Virus record (IMG/VR): IMGVR_UViG_3300004463_000226
Coordinates: 1-64,000 of that record
DNA: 64,000 bases
Strand: one strand, 5' to 3'
Below, piece by piece: positions 20,987 to 29,378 of this stretch. The position numbers and the translations under genes are program-made. Every line of letters starts with the position of its first letter. Position 1 is the stretch's first letter. Below the pieces are notes generated by a model. The model was given only the letters and a program-made list of their open reading frames with translations, ran no database searches and was not told the DNA's origin.

Positions 20987-21043
20987 CTTCAAAAAAATAT
21001 AAAAAAAATAGAACCCGCTAAGGTTCTATTTTCTTCTTAATGA

Positions 21044-22291
21044 TTATTGTAACTTGTTAAGATTTCCGTTACGATCCATTCTGAACTTAAGATTTCTAAT
21101 GTCGTTTGCTATCTCAACAGATGCAGATTGTTCATTCATCATTTCTTGAACTTTATTCATGATCTGCATAACTTCACTATAACGTTTTTCTAATGCTTCA
21201 TAATCTTCCTCTAAATCTCTAAGACGAGTATTCAAACGTTTGTTTTGACCTCTAAGAGACTCATTCTCTTTACGAAGATCAGTACGCTCTGAAATCATGT
21301 TAGAGATATTATCAAGGAAGTTATTTAAGTTATCAGTTTCCTGAGCCTCAATAGATTTCTTAGGAACATCTTCCATTGAATCTAATGAGTTGCCGACAAC
21401 TACTTCAACCTTAGGTAGTTTATCTCCGTCAGTATCAACACCAATTTTCTCTAATGCCGTTTTACGTCCATTATCTTTTACAAGATTTAAGAAAGGATCT
21501 TCATTATCATCTATTTTAGGAATTGGAGAAGGTCTTTCAAAGATTTTAGGCATTTCATCTCCTTTATAATTAGGTTTCACTTCAGGTCTCATTAAATCTA
21601 ACAAGCTTTCAGCAGGTTCAAATGGTATAGATGACTTAATAATATATCTTTTATCATCAGAAACATCTTCACCAAAATCTGAAACTTCTTCTGCTGCAAT
21701 TACTGATAATTCTGTTACAGGTGTTTCTTCAGTCACAGTTTTATTCTTAATACCAAATACCTTTTCAACATCAACAGGAATACCTTCGTTCTCAACTTCT
21801 TCAATAGCCTGTTGGATATGTTGTGGTTTAATAATCGCTGCTTTATCCTCAACTTTAACTACATTATCTTTGTTGAAAGAAGCACGGATCGCACGAACTT
21901 GTTCATACTCTTCGGTGTATCTTTCTTTTACAGCAGAAGTCCAACGAGCACCAATAGCTCCGATAGATCTATTAGGAAATAACTGACTCATTAAGATATA
22001 GGCATCAGTAAGATTTTGTCCCTTGGATAAAGAGTCTTTAACACATTCCCATAACATTTCATCCTCTTCATTCGTCCAACCTAAACGCTTAGGTTCACGA
22101 ATTTCAGGATGGTTAGGTTTAATAACATTTGTCCAACGATAAGCAATTGCTCCTTCGGTTCTTCCTGCCATAGTCTTAGCAAGTTCACGGTAGCAATCTG
22201 AGAAAGGTTTATCTGCTTTTGCATAAAGCTCAATTGCATCCAAAATCATTTTGTCCTCTTTAGGTGTCCAACTCTTGCCATGTTTACTCAT
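21044..22291 (-). CDS. RsfA/YlbO-family (Myb/SANT-like) transcription regulator with a duplicated DNA-binding domain
   Basis: Two WT..ED...R(T/S).GAI..RW repeats, a C-terminal coiled coil, and the RsfA-family terminal motif FRMDRNGNL. Confidence 0.8.
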   Translation of the reverse strand: MSKHGKSWTPKEDKMILDAIELYAKADKPFSDCYRELAKTMAGRTEGAIAYRWTNVIKPNHPEIREPKRLGWTNEEDEMLWECVKDSLSKGQNLTDAYILMSQLFPNRSIGAIGARWTSAVKERYTEEYEQVRAIRASFNKDNVVKVEDKAAIIKPQHIQQAIEEVENEGIPVDVEKVFGIKNKTVTEETPVTELSVIAAEEVSDFGEDVSDDKRYIIKSSIPFEPAESLLDLMRPEVKPNYKGDEMPKIFERPSPIPKIDDNEDPFLNLVKDNGRKTALEKIGVDTDGDKLPKVEVVVGNSLDSMEDVPKKSIEAQETDNLNNFLDNISNMISERTDLRKENESLRGQNKRLNTRLRDLEEDYEALEKRYSEVMQIMNKVQEMMNEQSASVEIANDIRNLKFRMDRNGNLNKLQ

Positions 22292-22353
22292 GAATAATAT
22301 CTCCTTTACGTATACAATTATTATTGATTTTTGAATATATCATCTATATCCAC

Positions 22354-22869
22354 TTATATAATATATAACTCTTCTTTGTGAAATTGCGATTTTCTCTTAT
22401 ATTCACAAAAGTAGTATACTATACCAACTTTCTTACATTCCTTACCTTTTTGTCTAGATTGCAATTCCCACTCATCCCACTTGATATCAGGGAAGAATGT
22501 ATCACCTATAAATGATTCATATATCTTTGTGATATACATCTTCTCGACATATGGTAAGAATAGTTTATATATTTCTTCTCCTCCAAAGATATATACTCTT
22601 TCATCTTTAGTAGCTTCAAGTACTTCTTCAACAGAATGAAATATTTCACAATTTTTAGCGGTATAATCTATGTTCCGAGTAAGAATAATATTACGTCTAT
22701 TGGGAAGTGCTTTCCCAATAGACTCAAAGTTTCTTCTACCCATAACAATAGTACCACCGCTTGTTGTAACCTTCACATGTTGCAGATCTTCTGGAAGATC
22801 CCACGGAAGATTATTTTTATAACCAATTACTTGATTATGATCAAATGCAACAATTAGTGATAATGGCAT
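22354..22869 (-). CDS. dfrA: Dihydrofolate reductase
   Basis: LIVA...IG..N.LPW.LPEDL, MGRRNFESIGKALPNRRNIILT, IFGG..IY, GDTFFP. Confidence 0.97.
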   Translation of the reverse strand: MPLSLIVAFDHNQVIGYKNNLPWDLPEDLQHVKVTTSGGTIVMGRRNFESIGKALPNRRNIILTRNIDYTAKNCEIFHSVEEVLEATKDERVYIFGGEEIYKLFLPYVEKMYITKIYESFIGDTFFPDIKWDEWELQSRQKGKECKKVGIVYYFCEYKRKSQFHKEELYII

Positions 22870-22870
22870 T

Positions 22871-23887
22871 TTAATTCTCCTTTAATACTTCTAGTTGCTC
22901 ACCCACAGACTTCTTCCAGTCAATTCGTAGATTATCCTCATAAAAGTGGTGTGTTATTAGTGTAGGGAATTCACTTCCTGAGGCAGACCGATGTCCGCCG
23001 CCACCAAATAAACGTTTAGAAATTTCACCTACATGTATATGGTCTTTTACTGTACGATATGAAACCTTACCAGCGCCCATGTTTACAATAACAACAAAAT
23101 CAATATCAGGATTATTTTTACACAGGGTGTTACCTAGAATTGAATGATGCTGTTCAGCATATACTACCCCAACATTATATACTGTAGCACCATCGTTTAC
23201 GATAGTTTTGAACATCTGTTTTTCCTTGTGCTCAATAAAACGCTGCTCACGCTTAGCTTCAGTATCGACTAAATATCTTTCATTTGTTGATAATACTGGA
23301 TCAAGGTCATTAGTGAATCTTTCAATAAAATCATCATGTCCAATAATCCACATTAGATCACTTAACATTTTAGGATGCTGTATACCTAGCTTATTCCAGT
23401 CCCATGTATCATACAGACGAACCACCTCAGCAAATTTACCAAGATCTCCTTTTTCAGATGGTGTTAATACAGGATTTGGATTAACAAGTAAACGCATCAT
23501 TTCACTAGTGCCGCTTGTTTTAGTACCGAAGCAAGTAGAAAATACACTAGCCCATTCATACTCATTCAACCAAGATGCTGTTTCATGATGATCGATTAGA
23601 TTTAAAGTAACTCCTGTGCGGCTACAGAAATAATCTAGCATTTCAGCTGTATCAGGTTGAACTGAAATATCCGTAATAAGGATTCTTTCGAATGGAAAGA
23701 CTTCATCTGTTGGATTACCGTCTTCATCAACATACTTAGAAAGAAACTCTTTAATTTTGTTATCAATATTATCATATCCACAAATATGATGTAAAGTGAA
23801 CTGGAAAATGTTCTTTGCCATTGTAATACATCCAATACCATCTAAATCATTATGACTAAAATGTACAACTTCTTCTAAAACCTTCAT
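22871..23887 (-). CDS. DHH/DHHA1 phosphoesterase (nanoRNase NrnB-like)
   Basis: SHNDLDG, ITDIS, IDHH, YDTWDW, VSYR, GGGH..ASG. Confidence 0.9.
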   Translation of the reverse strand: MKVLEEVVHFSHNDLDGIGCITMAKNIFQFTLHHICGYDNIDNKIKEFLSKYVDEDGNPTDEVFPFERILITDISVQPDTAEMLDYFCSRTGVTLNLIDHHETASWLNEYEWASVFSTCFGTKTSGTSEMMRLLVNPNPVLTPSEKGDLGKFAEVVRLYDTWDWNKLGIQHPKMLSDLMWIIGHDDFIERFTNDLDPVLSTNERYLVDTEAKREQRFIEHKEKQMFKTIVNDGATVYNVGVVYAEQHHSILGNTLCKNNPDIDFVVIVNMGAGKVSYRTVKDHIHVGEISKRLFGGGGHRSASGSEFPTLITHHFYEDNLRIDWKKSVGEQLEVLKEN

Positions 23888-23986
23888 TTGGTTTCTCCTC
23901 CAATATAAATATTTTTTCTATCTATATAATTATGTTAAAAGGCAAATAAAAATACACTAATACTTAAGTATTAGTGTATTCTGTAA

Positions 23987-24316
23987 TCATTTTCTATTAA
24001 GGACATTTAATCCTTGTTCAATTCCAGCAGCAACTTCATCTTCGGAAACTTTAATTCCTTTAGTTGCTAAGATTTGAACCGCTTTCTCAATAGCCCAGTC
24101 ACGTTTAACTCGTCCTTGAGAACCTTTCATTTCAACTTCAGCATAAGCAATCACACTATCAATTACATGATTGATAACTGGAAGTTGATTTTTCTTCTTA
24201 AGTTGGTCAAGAAACTTATAGGCTTTTGCTATTAATGCACTTACAGCAGCGCCCACTAAAATCGTGATAACTTCAGAAGCTAGTTGAGTTACAAGACTCA
24301 TAAGATGTTCTTGCAT
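23987..24316 (-). CDS. Phage holin, LL-H-like
   Basis: Single N-terminal TM, then V.YAE...G..K...A.E......GI.VS..E...IE pattern; late-type promoter upstream; hairpin at 23951-23980 downstream. Confidence 0.65.
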   Translation of the reverse strand: MQEHLMSLVTQLASEVITILVGAAVSALIAKAYKFLDQLKKKNQLPVINHVIDSVIAYAEVEMKGSQGRVKRDWAIEKAVQILATKGIKVSEDEVAAGIEQGLNVLNRK

Positions 24317-24348
24317 GTTGATCTCTCCTTCTCAATATTATAGTAATA

Positions 24349-24804
24349 CTATAATATTGTTATATTCACATGATAGTATTGTAGCATTTCACGGAGAGAT
24401 CTAAATTTAGTTTCATTGATAATGCTACATTCTTTTTTACTTATTTGCTCTAGACCTGATACATACTCTAGGTATTTAAATTTACCTTTAATATAGTACA
24501 TTGAACATGGAGTATTATCTAGGTCTATTTTACTAGGATCTTTTATAATTAGTGTGACTTGTTTAACCTTATCATCTTTTGGATCATCGCTGTTCTCACT
24601 GTGAGTCACACCTATTTCAACATATTTATCATCCCACGGCACACCAAAACAAGCAGCGAAACTTTCTACAGAAGATGCAAATACAACTTCACCTAAATGA
24701 GGATATGCGTATGCAATCTTTGGAGTTATTGCTGGTATATTCTGAATTGGTGAGGCATGATATAAATACTTAGTACGATAGATGTTAAGAGAACTGAATA
24801 TCAT
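24349..24804 (-). CDS. Hypothetical protein, possible ADP-ribosyltransferase fold
   Basis: LYHAS....I.P ... VFAS ... late Glu arrangement resembles H-Y/F-E ART core strands. Confidence 0.35.
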   Translation of the reverse strand: MIFSSLNIYRTKYLYHASPIQNIPAITPKIAYAYPHLGEVVFASSVESFAACFGVPWDDKYVEIGVTHSENSDDPKDDKVKQVTLIIKDPSKIDLDNTPCSMYYIKGKFKYLEYVSGLEQISKKECSIINETKFRSLREMLQYYHVNITIL

Positions 24805-24814
24805 TAAATCCCTC

Positions 24815-26023
24815 CTAAATAGTTATTTGGTCTTGTTTTATATGTGATAGTCTAGATGAAGTATCATGAAATTTCTTCATTGATAAGTTCAAAAGCGTAG
24901 AAGATACGCGAGCTCCTGTAAGACCAATATTATCAATTTCAAGTTTTTCATACATTAATCCAGCACATACACGACACATCTTTTTACCAACACAATACAT
25001 CGGAGAACGTAGTTTAATCTCTCTACCTACATAGTTCTTGATATTATCTTCTTTTAATAAGACTATCTTACCATTATCAACCGCATGACGATATAAGAAG
25101 TCTTTTACTGCACTTGGCGGTATAACCGTTTTTAACGTACCCTTAGTTCCACAATCAGAACCCTTTTTATCCAACTGAACTGCTTGTAGAGCAGCAATGA
25201 TCTGTTTACTGAAATAACCAGATGTTGCTGTTCCGATTGCTTTTGGATAAGAACCTGTGATAACAGCATTGCCGAATAAAGGAATATCTTCTTTACGAAT
25301 ACCTTCCATATAGTTTGATTCTACTACATCAAACTCTCCTGTGATAGGGTTAAAGATAGGACCTTTCATAACACTGATTGTTTTAAAGTTATTTCCAAAA
25401 GATCCACGAGCACCAGATCTATATAAGTCAAGTCCATGATCATTCTTCAATTCTTCTTCTGCTTGCTTGAGAAGCTTCTTCTCAATATTAACAGCAGCAA
25501 TAACATCACCATTTTTGATACGTTCATGGTTTTCTTTTAATAACTTATTACGTTCTTTTACAACAGAAGGTAACGGTTTTAATGTACCCATTGTAAATGA
25601 TCCGCTAATTACTGAGTGGAACTGCATTGATAACCATTGTGTGCGATTAAGATAACTAGCCATAACTTCTACTGTAATTTGGTCTAGTAGTAACGCACTA
25701 GATAAACGATCCTCAATGGCTCCTAAAGCTCCACTGTTAATAGGAGTATTCACATATCCCAACACCTGAGATAACTCACGTTCTACGATAAGTTTATTAT
25801 AAATAAATAAACCTGCATTTGTAGTTACCTTCTCAGTATTAATATATTCCCCTTTTTCTAATACAAATTCGTCACTCGTTTTCATTCGGCTAGGAATAAC
25901 TTTAACCTTACCATTCTCTACTTTAGAACGGTCACCGAATATATTAACAAGTAACTCAAAGGTAACATCCTCTGGTTTTAGACCGAGAAGATACTTCTTC
26001 TCATTATCAGGTAATTTACCCAC
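24815..26023 (-). CDS. Phage RNA polymerase beta' C-terminal part, probably virion RNAP
   Basis: SGARGS, SNYMEG, TATSGY (bridge helix), DCGT, LRSPMYC, CRVCAG, NIG and MKKFH (trigger loop). GTG start at 26023, below a late-type promoter at 26050-26061. Confidence 0.9.
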   Translation of the reverse strand: MGKLPDNEKKYLLGLKPEDVTFELLVNIFGDRSKVENGKVKVIPSRMKTSDEFVLEKGEYINTEKVTTNAGLFIYNKLIVERELSQVLGYVNTPINSGALGAIEDRLSSALLLDQITVEVMASYLNRTQWLSMQFHSVISGSFTMGTLKPLPSVVKERNKLLKENHERIKNGDVIAAVNIEKKLLKQAEEELKNDHGLDLYRSGARGSFGNNFKTISVMKGPIFNPITGEFDVVESNYMEGIRKEDIPLFGNAVITGSYPKAIGTATSGYFSKQIIAALQAVQLDKKGSDCGTKGTLKTVIPPSAVKDFLYRHAVDNGKIVLLKEDNIKNYVGREIKLRSPMYCVGKKMCRVCAGLMYEKLEIDNIGLTGARVSSTLLNLSMKKFHDTSSRLSHIKQDQITI

Positions 26024-26087
26024 GTAATTCACCACTTTCCTTATAGTATTAATAAATTGTTGTAGAAAGAAAAAAATAAAGAAGAGA

Positions 26088-26423
26088 CTAAATGTCCCTT
26101 CCATCTAGTATAGTACGACCATACAACTTCAAAAACTCTAGGAACGTACAATTTCTTATTGGCTTTACATCAACGTACCCTAGAATATCATACTTCAAAC
26201 CATAACCCATTCTTCCTATGAAAGAATCTACATCATGTAAACAAATAATACCTTCTTTTCCATTGGGTAAATCTATTCTTATTTTCTCAACAAGGATATC
26301 ATTCTTATGCATTCCTCCACGAGCTTGAAAATATATATCAGTTATAAATCCATTTTTCTTTCTTAAATATAGATTCAATAATTTAAATAAGTTCCTCCGA
26401 TAAAATTTAAAAGTTTCTAACAT
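26088..26423 (-). CDS. Hypothetical protein
   Basis: AGGAGG RBS; late-type motif at about 26437. Confidence 0.6.
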   Translation of the reverse strand: MLETFKFYRRNLFKLLNLYLRKKNGFITDIYFQARGGMHKNDILVEKIRIDLPNGKEGIICLHDVDSFIGRMGYGLKYDILGYVDVKPIRNCTFLEFLKLYGRTILDGRDI

Positions 26424-26636
26424 ACTACCCCTCCTTAATAGACTGTTTTAAATATAAAAAAAGAAAAAAAATACAAGGATTCATTTTCTAGCCCCTGTAT
26501 TTTATTTTTATAATAAACTATTAAATTCATTCTATTATTCGCTCCTTTTTTATATTTAAAACTATTCTAGTTTAGTCAAATGTAAGAAAGAAAGATATTA
26601 TTATTTAATTGATTAATATATTAAGATTGATTAGTG

Positions 26637-26708
26637 TTATCTTTGTTTTAACATGGTTTCTAGTACTCGATGTAAAGCTTTATGTGTGTTTAGCCTGGTT
26701 GGTGGCAT
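26637..26708 (-). CDS. Small ORF, 23 aa (MPPTRLNTHKALHRVLETMLKQR)
   Basis: AGGAGGGG RBS upstream; below the ORF-track cutoff. Confidence 0.4.
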   Translation of the reverse strand: MPPTRLNTHKALHRVLETMLKQR

Positions 26709-26735
26709 TAACTCTTACCCCTCCTTTTTTAATTA

Positions 26736-26840
26736 TTACTCTTCGTCGTCAAGTAAACCGATCAATTGACAGAACTCTAATGCGCTCTCAATCTCAGCAA
26801 CTTCTTCATCACTGATATCATATGGATCGAACATCAACAT
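26736..26840 (-). CDS. Small acidic ORF, 34 aa (MLMFDPYDISDEEVAEIESALEFCQLIGLLDDEE)
   Basis: AAAGGAGGTGAGG RBS; co-oriented with the operon. Confidence 0.6.
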   Translation of the reverse strand: MLMFDPYDISDEEVAEIESALEFCQLIGLLDDEE

Positions 26841-26865
26841 ATTCCTCACCTCCTTTCAATTATTC

Positions 26866-27159
26866 TTAAAGTCTATATAAGAATATATCTGGATGATGGA
26901 TGTTACCTAACTTGAAGTTACTAATAATCATGTAAATATCTTTACTGCGTATAGCAATATACATTAACGAATACAAGATGATATCTCTATTAATCTTAAA
27001 TGTTACAGGTTGTACAGTTACTGTTGCTACTACATGTTTGCTTGGAGTCACAATGTTAAACTCAAATCCACATGATACTAGATAAGCCAGTAAACTAAAG
27101 TTCATAATGAACGCAACCACGATCACAATAAGATGAATGGATAGCACTTGTATATTCAC
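26866..27159 (-). CDS. Hypothetical membrane protein
   Basis: Hydrophobic N-terminus; AAGGA RBS. Confidence 0.5.
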   Translation of the reverse strand: MNIQVLSIHLIVIVVAFIMNFSLLAYLVSCGFEFNIVTPSKHVVATVTVQPVTFKINRDIILYSLMYIAIRSKDIYMIISNFKLGNIHHPDIFLYRL

Positions 27160-27182
27160 ATCCTTTCAACCAATTATTTTTA

Positions 27183-27557
27183 TTATCGTAAAACTAATGA
27201 GAAGAACTTAACACGCATCTGATTGTTTTCTTCAAGAATTTGATTTTCCCTTGTCTTTCCTTTCTCATATCGGCGCAGCATTTTTTCTTCCAACTTTTCA
27301 TGCGCACGTTCGACTTTTTCTTTGAACGTTATGCCTAAGATACGTTGATACCAATTCGGCGGAGTTACATTTATTTGCTGGCAATCAATATACGGACGAT
27401 AGAAATTACCCATGTGTTTACGAGTGGACATTACAACAATCGCAACTTCATTTACATAATCAACAGTAGCATCTACTTCCAATGAAATCCCAAGATCAAC
27501 AAACTCCTTAACCTTAGAAACTTTGTCTACTAACCAACCCGTGAATGTTTTAATCAT
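27183..27557 (-). CDS. Hypothetical protein
   Basis: AGGAGG RBS. Confidence 0.65.
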   Translation of the reverse strand: MIKTFTGWLVDKVSKVKEFVDLGISLEVDATVDYVNEVAIVVMSTRKHMGNFYRPYIDCQQINVTPPNWYQRILGITFKEKVERAHEKLEEKMLRRYEKGKTRENQILEENNQMRVKFFSLVLR

Positions 27558-27655
27558 ATTAATTTCCTCCTATACATTTTATTGGATCATACAAAATGTG
27601 TAAGGTCTGGAAGATCTATATGAATAATTATCAAGGTTTCTCCTCTCGGTTAATA

Positions 27656-28270
27656 TTACATTGCAGAAGATGCTGTTTCTCCGATTCCAGCTAAAAGCTC
27701 ATTAAGTTCATCAAAGAATGTTTCATTTATTGTAACCATTACGCCAGTGTCGTTAAACGCACCATAATAACTTAATAACATACGAAGGTTAACTCTAGAC
27801 GCCCTATCAACCAAATTATAGATCTCGTCTACCATTTCTAATGAAATATTTTCCTCCTTTGTATTAATGATGAATCTATATTTGAATCCTTTATCCAACC
27901 ATGTATGCATTGTAATTTTAAATGGTTGGCGTAATTTTGGCTTCACCTCGATTTTAAATTTAGGTTGCCCAAGACTAGTCTTTAGGCGATTATATAAGTT
28001 CCTCACCTCCTTAGATGATCTAATTAATGGTTGCACGAATATTTCAGAGATCATATACATACCTGGCTCAGAAATGTCTTTTGTATATACTTCTTTACCA
28101 GTATCATTATATCTTTTAACCATCAATTTACCAGTGAAATCCTTTGTAAACATAACCGTACCTGCTTCCAATGCAATATTCTCTTGTGGAAATATTCTAG
28201 AATTTTTTCCATTTGTCCTATTGAATAAAGATCCATTACTAGTCACGAATACAAATAAATTTTTGTCCAT
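27656..28270 (-). CDS. Hypothetical protein, first gene of an early-type operon
   Basis: 204 aa ORF below the early motif at 28385. Confidence 0.65.
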   Translation of the reverse strand: MDKNLFVFVTSNGSLFNRTNGKNSRIFPQENIALEAGTVMFTKDFTGKLMVKRYNDTGKEVYTKDISEPGMYMISEIFVQPLIRSSKEVRNLYNRLKTSLGQPKFKIEVKPKLRQPFKITMHTWLDKGFKYRFIINTKEENISLEMVDEIYNLVDRASRVNLRMLLSYYGAFNDTGVMVTINETFFDELNELLAGIGETASSAM

Positions 28271-28473
28271 AAAATCTCGGATGTCCCGTTTTCTCCCCTT
28301 ATCCCCTAATTCTGATGACTGACTAAGTTGTACGGTTAATCCTTTAAGCCCCCTTTTAATATAATTTTTATGTTATTTACCTTTATAATATATAATAAAA
28401 TAAGCCGATTTTACGGTTTTTTACACAGAACGCAGAAAATAGGACTATAGCGTATTTGCTATAGTCCTACCTA

Positions 28474-29334
28474 TTATGATGTATAAACACGGTATAATAC
28501 TGTCAAATCCTTAGATAAAGACAGCATTTCGTTATTAATGTTAAGTTTAGAGAATAATTTCACCTGTTTATAGTCAAATGTACCATCATCAAGCTGAGCT
28601 TTGATTCCTGTACATAAACCGATAGTGTTGACACGAGTTTGTTCAACATTACCGTTTAATTCGAACCATTCACGGCAATCATCTTTGCTAACTTTAAGGT
28701 TTAGCTCAATAAATGTCTCAATTGGTTCTGTGCGTGTTGTATTATGAACTCCTGATTCTACTGAAGATCCGTCAGCATCCCCAATAGCATCCTTCCATAA
28801 TACTTTAATCTGTGGAGTAGTTTCGAATGCTTTCAGGTAATAAGATGTTTTACCTGTAACATTATCTCTCTTCTTAAACCAGTATTTTGTAGCATCAGTT
28901 GAACTTAATGCTTGGTCAGTTACACGGAATGGAATCATGCTCATGATTTCACGTTCATAGAACTTAACATCCTTAACTGATGTAATAGTATCACCTGATC
29001 CGCCGATACCTACACCGAATAAACATACGATATTATCCTTAGGGTAAATATCAGTGATGTTTGTACCTGTAGTGGCAATACCCATGATATTATTTAAATA
29101 GTCAACTGTTAGTGGTGATGGTACACCGAATAGCTTTTCAAGAACAAATAATGCTCCACCTAAAACAATACTGTTCTCTGTTTCAAATAAAGTTTCACCT
29201 AACTGTGTAATACCATTCCGATCTACATATGGGTCATATCCTCCAATAATCTGAGTACGGAACCCAGGCTTAGCCATCGTTAGATCTAGAGTATCCATTG
29301 GGTTTAAGTGATCTTGTAAATTAATTACACTCAT
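28474..29334 (-). CDS. Putative baseplate/tail structural protein
   Basis: FGVGIGG..., FR, E.GL-like beta strands and a terminal ..YRVY typical of fibre-collar/baseplate proteins; late-type promoter; terminator at 28440-28469. Confidence 0.55.
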   Translation of the reverse strand: MSVINLQDHLNPMDTLDLTMAKPGFRTQIIGGYDPYVDRNGITQLGETLFETENSIVLGGALFVLEKLFGVPSPLTVDYLNNIMGIATTGTNITDIYPKDNIVCLFGVGIGGSGDTITSVKDVKFYEREIMSMIPFRVTDQALSSTDATKYWFKKRDNVTGKTSYYLKAFETTPQIKVLWKDAIGDADGSSVESGVHNTTRTEPIETFIELNLKVSKDDCREWFELNGNVEQTRVNTIGLCTGIKAQLDDGTFDYKQVKLFSKLNINNEMLSLSKDLTVLYRVYTS

Positions 29335-29378
29335 TTATGACACTTCCTTTCAATGTTCTGCTTAATAGAATGTTTTTA

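Noticed and set aside
26609-26815. + strand 68-aa hydrophobic ORF
   Set aside because: No RBS, and it is antisense to two RBS-supported small ORFs that follow the operon direction.
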